Of a stretch of DNA of 64,000 nt, positions 27,351 through 37,146 are shown one piece after another. The translations under genes and the position numbers were made by a program. Position 1 is the first letter of the stretch; every line of letters starts with the position of its first letter. The DNA comes from an uncultured Candidatus Bathyarchaeia archaeon (GTDB lineage: Archaea; Thermoproteota; CALKCG01; B24; DRYS01): positions 3,869-67,868 of the forward strand of contig CAZBGY010000006.1 of NCBI GenBank assembly GCA_964491605.1, in the 5' to 3' direction. The notes beneath the pieces are model-generated. The model did no database searches. It had not been told where the DNA came from and saw only the letters and a program-made list of their open reading frames with translations.

Positions 27351-29348
27351 TTGAGATTCGTATTCGGTGTAGATTATTATCCTGAACATTGGCCTAGGAG
27401 TAGATGGGATAGAGATGCGGAGTTAATGGCTGAGTTAGGCTTCAACGTTGTACGATTAGCGGAGTTTTCCTGGGGTAAGATCGAACCTAAAGATGGGATA
27501 TACGAATTTGAATGGCTTGATGAAGCTATAAATATACTCGCCAGGAAGGGTATAAAGACCGTGATCGGTACTCCAACTGCAGCTCCTCCTCCATGGATTA
27601 TCAAGAAGCATCCAGATATTCTACGTATGGATGCGAATGGTGTTAGAAGTCCTGCAGGGACTAGACGGAATTACTGTCCTAATAATCCAAACTATATATC
27701 GTATACGAAGAGGATAGTCGAAAAGATGGTTCGCCGCTATAAGGATAACCCCAATGTTATAGGTTGGCAGATCGATAACGAGTTCAGTATAGATCCATGT
27801 TATTGTGATAACTGTGTTAAAGCTTTTAGAGATTGGTTGAAAAAGCGTTATGAGAATATAGAGGAATTGAATGATTCATGGGGATCGATATTTTGGGGCC
27901 AGAAGTATGGGGATTGGGATGAGATCCAGCCGCCTAGACCACCTCTAGATATGCAGAATCCAAGCTTATGTCTTGAATGGCATAGATTCATGAGTGACTC
28001 TTGGATAAGCTATCAGCAGATACAAGTAGATATCATTCGAAAGATAGCTCCCCATCATATAATCACTCATAACTTTATGGGGCTATACAAGGAGCTGGAT
28101 TACTTTAAGCTAGCAGAACATCTCGATATAGTCTCGTTCGACTACTATCCTAAACGAAGTTGGAGTATCGATTATGCCAGAGGCGCTATGGCACACGATG
28201 TTATGCGCAGTTTGAAGAAGAGGAACTATTGGATTATGGAGTTGCAGAGTGGAGCTATAAAAGCCCCTATGGCTCCTATACCTAAACCAGGTGAGATAAG
28301 GCTTTGGACTTTCCAATCGATAGCAAGAGGTGCCGATGGGATATTATACTTCAGATGGAGGTCTTGTAGATTTGGAGCAGAAGAATATTGGCACGGCATC
28401 CTAGACCACGACGGTATTCCTAGGAGAAGATTCCTCGAAGTAAAGAGGATTTCCGAGGATCTCGCAAAGATAACCCCGTATATCGAGGGGACAACCGTTA
28501 AACCTGAGATAGCGTTTACACTTATCTACGATAACATATGGGCATGGGATCTTGAGATAACCCGAGGGAGGAACTACTACGGCTTAGATTCCTGGGATCC
28601 GGCTTTAGACTTCTATAGAGCTCTGTACTCTAGGAATCTACCAGTAGATTTCGTCGATCCTTTAAGAGAAGATTTATCCAGCTACAAGATGGTCTTCGCT
28701 CCCTCGCTCATGTTGATAAATAAGCATATAGCGGATAGATTGAAATGTTATGTTAAAGATGGCGGTGTATTAGTAGCGACACCCAGAACTGGAGCAAAGG
28801 ATTGGAACAATGTAATAATAGATTCAACCCTACCTGGTAGCCTATCTGATGTATTCGGTGTATATGTGGAAGAATATACGGGTCTACCCGATGATGGGCA
28901 GCTACGTATCGAATTCGACGAGAAATTACTCGGTGGGAGAATGGAGGGGGTAGGCCGATGCTGGGCTGAAATGCTATCACCTAGGGGAGCTGATGCTCTC
29001 GCCTACTACAAGACTGGCATATATAGGGGCAGACCGGCTATCGTGATTAATGAATATGGAAGAGGTATTGCGATATACATCGGAATATTCCTTGACGCTA
29101 ACAGTTATCTGCCGTTCGTAGATTGGTTGACTAAAAGGATAGGGTTAAAACCTCCGCTACCTCCAGTAGAAGGGGTTGAAGTAGTCGAAAGGATAGGATC
29201 AGATAATAAAGCGATGTTCGTGCTGAATTATAACGAAGACACTGTTAGAATCCTCTTAAGAGAGGAGTGCACAGATATCTTAGCCGGAAGAAGCGTTAAA
29301 GGGGAAGTAGAAATTAAAGGCTTGGATATTAAGGTGTTTAACCAGTAA
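27351..29348 (+). CDS. Glycoside hydrolase family 42 beta-galactosidase
   Basis: N-terminus FGVDYYPEHWPRSRWDRDAELMAELGFNVVRLAEFSW is GH42. 665 aa. TTG start. Confidence 0.9.
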   Translation: MRFVFGVDYYPEHWPRSRWDRDAELMAELGFNVVRLAEFSWGKIEPKDGIYEFEWLDEAINILARKGIKTVIGTPTAAPPPWIIKKHPDILRMDANGVRSPAGTRRNYCPNNPNYISYTKRIVEKMVRRYKDNPNVIGWQIDNEFSIDPCYCDNCVKAFRDWLKKRYENIEELNDSWGSIFWGQKYGDWDEIQPPRPPLDMQNPSLCLEWHRFMSDSWISYQQIQVDIIRKIAPHHIITHNFMGLYKELDYFKLAEHLDIVSFDYYPKRSWSIDYARGAMAHDVMRSLKKRNYWIMELQSGAIKAPMAPIPKPGEIRLWTFQSIARGADGILYFRWRSCRFGAEEYWHGILDHDGIPRRRFLEVKRISEDLAKITPYIEGTTVKPEIAFTLIYDNIWAWDLEITRGRNYYGLDSWDPALDFYRALYSRNLPVDFVDPLREDLSSYKMVFAPSLMLINKHIADRLKCYVKDGGVLVATPRTGAKDWNNVIIDSTLPGSLSDVFGVYVEEYTGLPDDGQLRIEFDEKLLGGRMEGVGRCWAEMLSPRGADALAYYKTGIYRGRPAIVINEYGRGIAIYIGIFLDANSYLPFVDWLTKRIGLKPPLPPVEGVEVVERIGSDNKAMFVLNYNEDTVRILLREECTDILAGRSVKGEVEIKGLDIKVFNQ

Positions 29349-29394
29349 ATTTAGATATAGCGGCATCAGAGCTCATAATGGTATCCGTAGCTAT

Positions 29395-30660
29395 CTAATC
29401 CATCTCTTCCAATACTATAACCGTATCTATCGGATCTAAAGGTTTCTCGGGTATATCGATTATAAGATCCCTTTCGCTCCATCTATAACTTAATGCTCCA
29501 TAAGCTGGATCTTCTAAAAAGTATGCTTCCTTAGGTTTAATTTTTCCCTCTACATCGAATATTCTTAATTCACCATCCCAAGGCCATCCGAAGACGTGTA
29601 TATAAAGCTTGCCGGGCTTATACGTGCATCTATATGGTGCATCTGCAGGGGTATCGAAGGGCGCCGCTTTAGCTCCATATATGCTTTCACCATTCCTCCT
29701 CAGCCATCTACCTACTTCAAGCAGTACATCTACTGATGGTTTAGGTATCTCGCCCTCAGCTGTAGGACCCACGTTGAGCAGTAGGTTTCCACCTTTACTT
29801 ACAACTTCTACGAGTATCTGTATAACTCTACCGGGAGATTTCCAGTTGTGATCATAGCTTTTATAACCCCATGTATCATTAAGCGTCATCGGAACCTCCC
29901 AATCATCATCTATCCTCCTATCAGGTATCTGATTATCGCCCATCGATATATAGTCCGCTAAACCTCTAGATGGAACAGTAGGTCTACCTATCCTCCCACC
30001 TATACGTCCGCTTATGATAGTTTCAGGGGATATCCTGCGAACGAGATCCCTAAGTTCACGTGCAAGCTCTGGTATAGGCGTAGTTATATCGAACCATAAA
30101 ACTGCTACAGGTCTATAGTTTGTTAGAAGCTCTTCGATCTGTGGCTCCACATATGTTCTAAGATACTCCGTGAAATTCTGTTTGGATAAATCGTAATCCC
30201 AATCATTACCCATACCATTTGGGTGATGCCAATCAAGGGTTTGAGAGTAATAGAATCCAAGTCTAATACCCTCATCTTTACATGCTTCTGCTAATTCTTT
30301 AAGCGGGTCCCTCCTAAACGGCGTAGCTTTCACGATATTATAATCTGTATACTTTGTATCGAACATGCAGAAGCCATCATGATGCTTAGCCGTTATGACT
30401 ATATACTTCATACCAGCCTCCTTAGCTATATGAACCCATCTTCTCGCATCGAATTTAGTAGGATTAAACTTTTCAGCGAGTTTCTCATATTCCCTTACAG
30501 GTATCCTGGCATTATACATTATCCATTCTCCTATACCAGGTATACATCTCCCTCTCCAAACACCGGCTGGTATAGCGTATAAACCCCAGTGGATAAACAT
30601 TCCAAATCTAGCTTCACGCCACCAAGCCATACGTTTATCCCTATCATACACGGATTCCAT
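29395..30660 (-). CDS. Glycoside hydrolase family 29 alpha-L-fucosidase
   Basis: WWREARFGMFIHWGLYAIPAG...HHDGFCMFDT is the GH29 core. 421 aa. Confidence 0.88.
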   Translation of the reverse strand: MESVYDRDKRMAWWREARFGMFIHWGLYAIPAGVWRGRCIPGIGEWIMYNARIPVREYEKLAEKFNPTKFDARRWVHIAKEAGMKYIVITAKHHDGFCMFDTKYTDYNIVKATPFRRDPLKELAEACKDEGIRLGFYYSQTLDWHHPNGMGNDWDYDLSKQNFTEYLRTYVEPQIEELLTNYRPVAVLWFDITTPIPELARELRDLVRRISPETIISGRIGGRIGRPTVPSRGLADYISMGDNQIPDRRIDDDWEVPMTLNDTWGYKSYDHNWKSPGRVIQILVEVVSKGGNLLLNVGPTAEGEIPKPSVDVLLEVGRWLRRNGESIYGAKAAPFDTPADAPYRCTYKPGKLYIHVFGWPWDGELRIFDVEGKIKPKEAYFLEDPAYGALSYRWSERDLIIDIPEKPLDPIDTVIVLEEMD

Positions 30661-30792
30661 TATAATCTCACCGATTACACATGGTTATCTACAAATTACC
30701 TATTAGGCTTTCTCCTAAGAATATTGCATCAAAGTTTCTCATAGAATTCATGGAAAATATTTATATATAAGAACATTTTCTCCTAATCGAGT

Positions 30793-31761
30793 TTGCTAGG
30801 AGATTTGTGGTGTTTAATATATGGATTTGCTGAAATCGTAGTGAGTATTACCTTGCTATACGTAAGCTCGAAGAGAGTTGTCGAATACGCGTCAAAGCTA
30901 GCTCATGCTTTAAACCTAAATAAGTTGTACATAGGAGCTGTGATAGTGGCTTCTATAACAGCTCTGCCTGAATTGATAACATCTATAGCGGCAGTTATCT
31001 ATGGCAGCTCTTCTCATATGGCATTAGGTAATGTAATAGGCTCAAACATATATAATATACCGGTGGTTATAGGCTTCTGCGGATTGCTGATGAAGAAGTT
31101 GGAGATCGATGGTGAAGCTTTGAAAAGAGAAAGTTTGATTCTGTTATCTCTCTCGATATTGCTCATGTGTTTTCTCCTTGTATTACATAGATTAACATCA
31201 TGGGTGGCATCTATATTCTTAACGATATATCCTATCTACATCTATCGCTTTATGAAACTGGCAGATCGGAATATTCTCCTCGCAAATGGAGGCTGTACGC
31301 ATAGATGTGAAACTATTAAGAATCTAGTAGCTACGATAGCCAGTGGCGTAACCCTTATAATTAGCGCCCATATACTTGTATACGGAGTCTTAACGGTAGC
31401 GGATGCGTTAGGTTTAAATCGCTTCTATGCTGGTGTGAATATACTCTCCCTGGGATGTATAATTCCGGAAATAGCTGTCTCCATATCGGCTGCCTTTAGG
31501 AATGAGCATAATATAGCTTTTGGAAACATAATAGGTGATAACATAATAACGATGACGCTAGTAATAGGAGTGGTAGGATTAGTAGCGCAGCCAGAAGTAG
31601 CTGTAATGGATGTAATCTTTACGATACCCCTTATGAGTTTCGTCGCAATTCTACCGCTAATAATAAGCAGATATGGTGGAAGCATTCGAAGAATACATGG
31701 ATTAGCTATAATGGTATTTACCGTGGTATTATATATCGTAGAGACAATTCTATTAGCGTAA
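30793..31761 (+). CDS. Ca2+/cation antiporter (CaCA, YrbG-like)
   Basis: Two alpha-repeat motifs, GNVIGSNIYNI and GNIIGDNIIT. About 10 TM segments. Confidence 0.8.
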   Translation: MLGDLWCLIYGFAEIVVSITLLYVSSKRVVEYASKLAHALNLNKLYIGAVIVASITALPELITSIAAVIYGSSSHMALGNVIGSNIYNIPVVIGFCGLLMKKLEIDGEALKRESLILLSLSILLMCFLLVLHRLTSWVASIFLTIYPIYIYRFMKLADRNILLANGGCTHRCETIKNLVATIASGVTLIISAHILVYGVLTVADALGLNRFYAGVNILSLGCIIPEIAVSISAAFRNEHNIAFGNIIGDNIITMTLVIGVVGLVAQPEVAVMDVIFTIPLMSFVAILPLIISRYGGSIRRIHGLAIMVFTVVLYIVETILLA

Positions 31762-31792
31762 AGCTTAACCTACATAGCTATATGTTATTCGA

Positions 31793-31866
31793 AGCCTCGG
31801 GCGGGATTCGAACCCGCGACCCGCAGCTTACGAGGCTGCCGCTCTACCTGGCTGAGCTACCGAGGC
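31793..31866 (-). tRNA. tRNA-Thr (anticodon CGU), no encoded CCA
   Basis: Reverse complement folds as GCCUCGG-UA-GCUC-AGCCAGGUA-GAGC-G-GCAGC-CUCGUAA-GCUGC-GGGUC-GCGGG-UUCGAAU-CCCGC-CCGAGGC-U. All four stems are Watson-Crick. Anticodon CGU is at positions 34-36. Confidence 0.9.
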
Positions 31867-31898
31867 TCTCTAGATGTTTTAAGTTAATTTTCAAGGAT

Positions 31899-33017
31899 TT
31901 ATTCTTTAACCTTAACTAGGTATGGGAGTTCCAGTAATAGTTTCCTATACTCCCCTCTATCTACAGGTATATCTACTGGCTTTTCTTTGAAATTGGATAG
32001 TATTATACCGTTGACTACTTCAAGGGATTTTAAAGCCTCCTCCCCAGGTATCATCGGATCTCTATCCTCCTCTACAGCTTCTACCATATCTTCTATTAGG
32101 GTTTTATGGCTTCCCCTCCAGCTATCCAATCTAATCTTCTCGATTTTATATCTAGGTTTACCCCATTCATCAGAAGCTGAATGTATATATTCCTCAGCAT
32201 CTCTCTCGGAATATCCCACTTCTATTTCTCCAGATTCATAATCTATAGTGATCCTACCTTTACTCCCTGCCACGATCACCTTTGTAGATGTAGGATTATC
32301 CATCAAGCTTGCCTGAATCACTGCTTGTATACCTTTCTCGAATAGTATTATAGCGCTTGCCAGATCTTCCACTTCTGCTTTATGAAACAAGGTATCTAAG
32401 AACCCGAATACGCGTTTCGGTCTGCCTAAGAGCCAGCATAATATATCTATCAAGTGTATAGCTTGACTCATCAGAACTCCTCCCCCGGCCTCTACCCATA
32501 GCTTACGCCAAGGTGATGCTTCATAGTACATCTGCGATCTATACCATGCAAATTCGAGTATAGATCTGAAAACCTTACCTATAATGCCTTGATCTATCAT
32601 CTGTTTAGCTTTCACCGATATCGCTCCGCTCCTATATTGAAAGGCTACACCTAGCTTTAGCCCGCTCTTTCTAGCCTCTTCTATCATCTCATCGGCTTCA
32701 CCTACCGTTAAAGCTATAGGTTTCTCGCATAAGACATGCTTACCATGCTTAAAAGCTTCTAATGCTATCTCCCTATGAGTATGAGGCGGTGTACATATGC
32801 ATACCACATCTAATTCAGGCACATCCAACATGTCACGATAATCCGTGAACCACTTTACATGATGATTCTCTCCCTCACTCCTAGCTAAACTTTCAATCTT
32901 ATCGCATACCGCTATAAGCTTAGCACCTTTAGCCTCCAATATACCGTTTATATGTGTACGCCCTATTCCTCTAAGCCCTATCACTCCAAACCCTATCATA
33001 GGTATCTGAGAATTCAA
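31899..33017 (-). CDS. Gfo/Idh/MocA-family NAD(P)-dependent oxidoreductase
   Basis: N-terminal Rossmann GFGVIGLRGIGRTH, then EKP in HVLCEKPIA. 372 aa. Confidence 0.85.
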   Translation of the reverse strand: MNSQIPMIGFGVIGLRGIGRTHINGILEAKGAKLIAVCDKIESLARSEGENHHVKWFTDYRDMLDVPELDVVCICTPPHTHREIALEAFKHGKHVLCEKPIALTVGEADEMIEEARKSGLKLGVAFQYRSGAISVKAKQMIDQGIIGKVFRSILEFAWYRSQMYYEASPWRKLWVEAGGGVLMSQAIHLIDILCWLLGRPKRVFGFLDTLFHKAEVEDLASAIILFEKGIQAVIQASLMDNPTSTKVIVAGSKGRITIDYESGEIEVGYSERDAEEYIHSASDEWGKPRYKIEKIRLDSWRGSHKTLIEDMVEAVEEDRDPMIPGEEALKSLEVVNGIILSNFKEKPVDIPVDRGEYRKLLLELPYLVKVKE

Positions 33018-33479
33018 AGGATCATAACATAATTAAAAAGATCTTACTGGTAATACGTAGAGTAAAGCTATGTAGGTTGACCCCATCTCCTATCCTCGCG
33101 ATAATATCCATATAGATTTCGAGTTTAATATGGAGCCAACCTGAGGGATAGTCGGTTAAGCTAAAGTTATATTAGCAGTTATTAACAATATGGCGTAGAA
33201 AGTCTGTGTTCTTTTAGAGGTAGAGTGACTACGCTTAAACTTAAACATCTGTTTTCGACTATCAGCATTGTTGAGCTAATCTGCTCGCATGTAACTCGAA
33301 TATCTGAAAGCTTGGAATAAGGATTCGAGCTGAAATGGGGGTTTCAGCAAGGAAGCGTACAAACCGGTTGTGAGTTATATGCCGGTAATAAAGAACTGAG
33401 TTAGCACAACCTAAGATTCGGTATGATGAAGCTGTAGAGGATGAAAACCGAGGATCCCAAAAGCTTGGCTGTGGGAGTA

Positions 33480-33914
33480 TCAAAGGTCCAGTATAAACCT
33501 GCTCTTAACACCCTCCTCATCCCTATATACTCTCATCTGATGGTAGGTTACAGCTTTAACACCATTTTTCGATATATGCTTCTTAGGATCATATATCTCT
33601 CCTAGGATACGGGCTTTAAGCCTGTACACGTCATCCTCCTTCCTGATATATTCTACGTTTATCTTGGAAGCTATAAATCCATCTAGATCGACTATTATGA
33701 GTAGCTTCTCAAGCCAGTCGTATAGCAATGCTTCTAAGTCCTCGCCCTCGGCTTCGATTATCCTCTCCTCTCTCGGTTCTACTAAACTTATATCCGTTAT
33801 AACTTCGAAGAAAGCTAAGCCTGCATTCTCATAGCATTCCTCATAGCTTTCACCGTAAGCTTCTATATAGGCATCGGCTAGATGCTCTAAAAATCTAAAC
33901 CCACCCATATCCAC
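33480..33914 (-). CDS. Archease (RtcB ligase activator)
   Basis: 144 aa. FRFLEHLADAYIEAYGESYEECYENAGLAFFEVITD matches the archease N-terminus (FEFLEHTADxxFxAxGxxLEE). Confidence 0.85.
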   Translation of the reverse strand: MDMGGFRFLEHLADAYIEAYGESYEECYENAGLAFFEVITDISLVEPREERIIEAEGEDLEALLYDWLEKLLIIVDLDGFIASKINVEYIRKEDDVYRLKARILGEIYDPKKHISKNGVKAVTYHQMRVYRDEEGVKSRFILDL

Positions 33915-35007
33915 CCTTCCCCGCTATTAACGTTCTAAGTTTATCCTTGAATTTAAGCCTTGCATTAAGCTCTGCCTTAAGCTTACTTATGATGGATATA
34001 TCTCCTGGATCGACTCCTCTAAGTTCAGCTAGGTATAGGGAAGCCATATCCCCTATGTATACTAGACTAGCTATACAAGCTAACCTAGATGAACCGCCAC
34101 TCCAAACTTCTATTAAATCTGAAACCTTACCATTCAGAAGCTGCCTAGTAATCTCCATCCTAACCTTAATCTCTTCAGGTTCCAACACAGATCTAAGAAG
34201 TATAATCGTAACATCGCCTGGTAAGAATCCGTTATCTTGATATGGTACCACTTCGTTATGATGGGCTTCAGGTATCACAGCATCTACCGCGTAAACCTTA
34301 CTATTCTCGTTAAATTGCGTCCTCCATCGGAATGCCACAGAGCTTACAAGCTCCCACCCGTAAACTATAGGTAACCTACCGATCACCTTGTAAGCTATCT
34401 GCTTAGCTATATTGCCTTCACTAGGAGGTATCGATGGAGCTAATTTACCTTTAAGCTCCTCTAGAATGTTTATGGTATCTTCAAGCTCATCCATGAATCT
34501 ACCTGTCCTCAGTATATTTTGTTCAAGGAAAGCTAACGTTGAAGATAGCATAACGCCTAGAGCAGCTCTAGGCTGATAACCTTCAGGCACCTTTATATGA
34601 GGGGCATCTAAACTATGGCATAGCTCTTCCAGTAGACCCCCAGAACTTAACCCCACTATCCTAGCTCCGAGTTTAAAGGATCTATAAGCGATGCTTAGAG
34701 CTTCCTCGGTTTCACCCGAATAGCTTAAAGCAAATACAAGTGTATCTTCATCTACGAAGCCTGGTGGATAATATCCTCTAACTATGTATACAGGTATACG
34801 ACACCAGCTTCTAAGCCAATCAGAAGCTAAGCCTCCTACGATGGCAGATCCACCCATACCTGCGAATACTATACCTTTAGGCTTCCATCCATCAAAGTAT
34901 CTTGATGCATCTGTTTTAAAGCCTATATCCGCTCCCATCCTATATTGATCTACGGATTCAAACGTGGCTTTAAATACAGGGTTCAAGGTCATACTTCTAC
35001 AATCCAT
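33895..35007 (-). CDS. Bifunctional phosphoglucose/phosphomannose isomerase (archaeal SIS-domain PGI/PMI)
   Basis: GIVFAGMGGSAIVGGLASDWL...ALSYSGETEE are SIS-domain motifs. 370 aa. Confidence 0.85.
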   Translation of the reverse strand: MDCRSMTLNPVFKATFESVDQYRMGADIGFKTDASRYFDGWKPKGIVFAGMGGSAIVGGLASDWLRSWCRIPVYIVRGYYPPGFVDEDTLVFALSYSGETEEALSIAYRSFKLGARIVGLSSGGLLEELCHSLDAPHIKVPEGYQPRAALGVMLSSTLAFLEQNILRTGRFMDELEDTINILEELKGKLAPSIPPSEGNIAKQIAYKVIGRLPIVYGWELVSSVAFRWRTQFNENSKVYAVDAVIPEAHHNEVVPYQDNGFLPGDVTIILLRSVLEPEEIKVRMEITRQLLNGKVSDLIEVWSGGSSRLACIASLVYIGDMASLYLAELRGVDPGDISIISKLKAELNARLKFKDKLRTLIAGKGGYGWV

Positions 35008-35031
35008 CTAGATCAGCTTCTAGATCAGCTT
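35008..35031. repeat. Perfect 12-nt tandem duplication (CTAGATCAGCTT x2) abutting the PGI/PMI start codon
   Basis: Read directly: ctagatcagctt ctagatcagctt at 35008-35031, immediately 5' of the reverse-strand ATG at 35005-35007. Confidence 0.9.
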
Positions 35032-35161
35032 TAAAGTTTTATTTCAGGTAGTACTCTGCTTGAAACCTGCAAACCTATATGATCTAGATACTCGATAGCG
35101 TTAAATTAGGAAGTATCAGCTTATATCGTCAGGTGTAGTTGGCCTAGCGGAGGTATCACAA

Positions 35162-36181
35162 ATGTATTCCGATATATGTTCATCATGGGTTACGATGCTT
35201 TTCACTTTCATATTCTCATTCCTAACGACATTCATAGCGACACCTAGGATAGCCGAATTCAATAGACGGCATGGGATAGTAGGGATAGATTACCATAAGC
35301 CTAGTAAGCCTGAGATACCTGAGATGGGCGGTATATCGATGCTTGCCGGTCTATCTATATCAAGTATATTGCTTCTGTTATGGTATCCGTTAAGCTTCTG
35401 GCATACCATAAGCTTTCTCCTCGTAGCACTATCCGTCGGATGCGTAGGAATCATAGACGATCTTATAGGATTGAACGCTAAAATTAAGCCAATCCTAACA
35501 TTTCTAGCTGGTTTAATACCTGTTATGCTCAATATGGTAGCCTATCCAAAGATCTACCAGGGCTATCTAAGCGTTCCGTTTGGTAGGATTAGGATAACTA
35601 TACTATATAACCTCCTCCTTCCTCTTGGTATCGCTGTAGCCTCCAATACCATGAATATGTGCGATCCAGTTAACGGTGTTATGAGCGGCTCCTCGACGAT
35701 AATATCTGCAACCCTACTGATAGCATCTATAGTTACAGGTAAATTCTATGCTTCGCCCTACATAGCTTCGATCTTAGGATGCACTTTAGCCTTCTATATC
35801 TACAATAAATATCCGGCTAGAGTATTCCCAGGCGATACCGGTACTCTATCGATAGGTGCGGCGATAGCTTATGCATCCGTTATAGGTGGATTAGAGTTCA
35901 TAGCCTTAACGACTATGCTTACGCAGATACTTAACGCTCTATTCACCCTAATAAGCTTAGGAGGTTTCTTTGAAAGGAAGAGTATAAGCGAGAGACCCGT
36001 ACAAGTGTTAGAAAATGGACTTATAACAGCTAATACTGATCCGATAGCTCCGATAACATTAACAAGGATGCTTACCGCCTCTAAACCTATGACCGAGAAG
36101 GAGATAGCATCCGCGTTTTTCATCCTTACGGGCTTCTCCTGCATCTTAGCTTTAATCTCTATACCGTTAATTCCTAGGTGA
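35162..36181 (+). CDS. aglH: UDP-GlcNAc:dolichyl-phosphate GlcNAc-1-phosphate transferase (GT4 MraY/WecA/AglH family)
   Basis: Polytopic membrane protein with a cytoplasmic loop GIDYHKPSKPEIPEMGGI and about 10 TM segments. Confidence 0.78.
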   Translation: MYSDICSSWVTMLFTFIFSFLTTFIATPRIAEFNRRHGIVGIDYHKPSKPEIPEMGGISMLAGLSISSILLLLWYPLSFWHTISFLLVALSVGCVGIIDDLIGLNAKIKPILTFLAGLIPVMLNMVAYPKIYQGYLSVPFGRIRITILYNLLLPLGIAVASNTMNMCDPVNGVMSGSSTIISATLLIASIVTGKFYASPYIASILGCTLAFYIYNKYPARVFPGDTGTLSIGAAIAYASVIGGLEFIALTTMLTQILNALFTLISLGGFFERKSISERPVQVLENGLITANTDPIAPITLTRMLTASKPMTEKEIASAFFILTGFSCILALISIPLIPR

Positions 36182-36459
36182 AACTAATTATGGTACGACT
36201 AGGATTTCTTCTAAACATAGCCTTCGCTTGGATCCTTTTGATAGTGCTATCCTACTTAACGGTTAACATAATAGCAGGATTTACTCTCTCAGATGGATAT
36301 CTATTCAAGTTTATCGAAGCTTTATTGAAAGCTTCATCAGTAGCTATACTACTAGCTTTATGGTTGTATATATGGAAGAAGCTTTCCAAGATGTATTTCG
36401 AAAAACTCTTGAAAGATAGGATATCGACTCTTGGTGATAGTTTAGCTAGGGATCGATAG
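36178..36459 (+). CDS. Small membrane protein (93 aa), hypothetical
   Basis: Two predicted TM helices. Start overlaps the aglH-like stop. Confidence 0.3.
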   Translation: MKLIMVRLGFLLNIAFAWILLIVLSYLTVNIIAGFTLSDGYLFKFIEALLKASSVAILLALWLYIWKKLSKMYFEKLLKDRISTLGDSLARDR

Positions 36460-36534
36460 CCTCCGGCTACTTATTGAATGCATACTAGCGATATAGTTAT
36501 AAGTCTCCATTACATCTTCTACCGGTGTACCGAT

Positions 36535-37002
36535 ATGCCTAGCTGGGAGTACTCTCTTAAATCGCTGAACCTGGATCCTGAGAGAACCGCTATAGCGTCG
36601 CTTAGAGATGTAGATATAAGTTTGAAGAAAGCTGTGGAGGTTTGTACCTCACTAAAAGGATTATCTCTAGAGGAGGCTAGAAGGCTTTTGAGGGATGTCA
36701 TAGCTTTGAAGCAGCCTATACCATACAGACGGTATTTCAAGAAGGGTTCACATAAACGTCAGCTTCAAGGATGGCATAGCGGAGGATATCCTGTAAAAGT
36801 ATGCCGATATATGCTTAAACTGCTAGATTCTGTCGAAGCTAACGCTGAGCATAAGGGTCTAGATACCAGTAGGCTGGTTATAGTCCATGCCGCAGCTCAG
36901 AAAGGTAGGCGGATACCTAGATATATGCCTAGAGCCTTTGGTAGAGCTACTAGATGGGGTAGGCAGCTAGTACATGTGGAGATAGCTGTCCGTGAGGTAT
37001 GA
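36535..37002 (+). CDS. rpl22: Ribosomal protein L22 (uL22)
   Basis: From the ATG at 36535: MPSWEYSLKSLNLDPERTA...PIPYRRYFKKGSHK...GWHSGGYPVK...LLDSVEANAEHKGLD...RAFGRATRW. Co-linear with archaeal uL22. The ORF track has a spurious 19-codon N-extension. Confidence 0.85.
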   Translation: MPSWEYSLKSLNLDPERTAIASLRDVDISLKKAVEVCTSLKGLSLEEARRLLRDVIALKQPIPYRRYFKKGSHKRQLQGWHSGGYPVKVCRYMLKLLDSVEANAEHKGLDTSRLVIVHAAAQKGRRIPRYMPRAFGRATRWGRQLVHVEIAVREV

Positions 37003-37146
37003 TGGTAGATTCACCGCATTTAGCAGAAGCCTCCAGGATAAGCTGCGGCCTTTTACACGTATCGGTTCTCAAAGTTTTAAACATTGAATACGCATTCTAA
37101 GAATAGATCTAGCTAACGGAGAGCTCTAAGCTTAGGTGTATAGGGT

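Noticed and set aside
33420-33480. Possible C/D-box sRNA (ATGATGA at 33423-33429)
   Set aside because: No CUGA D or D' box at the expected spacing downstream, and no C'/D pair. It fails the box architecture.
37001-37100. 33-codon ORF (MMVDSPHLAEASRISCGLLHVSVLKVLNIEYAF) overlapping the rpl22 stop
   Set aside because: Too short, no recognisable motif, no SD-like element. Probably random.
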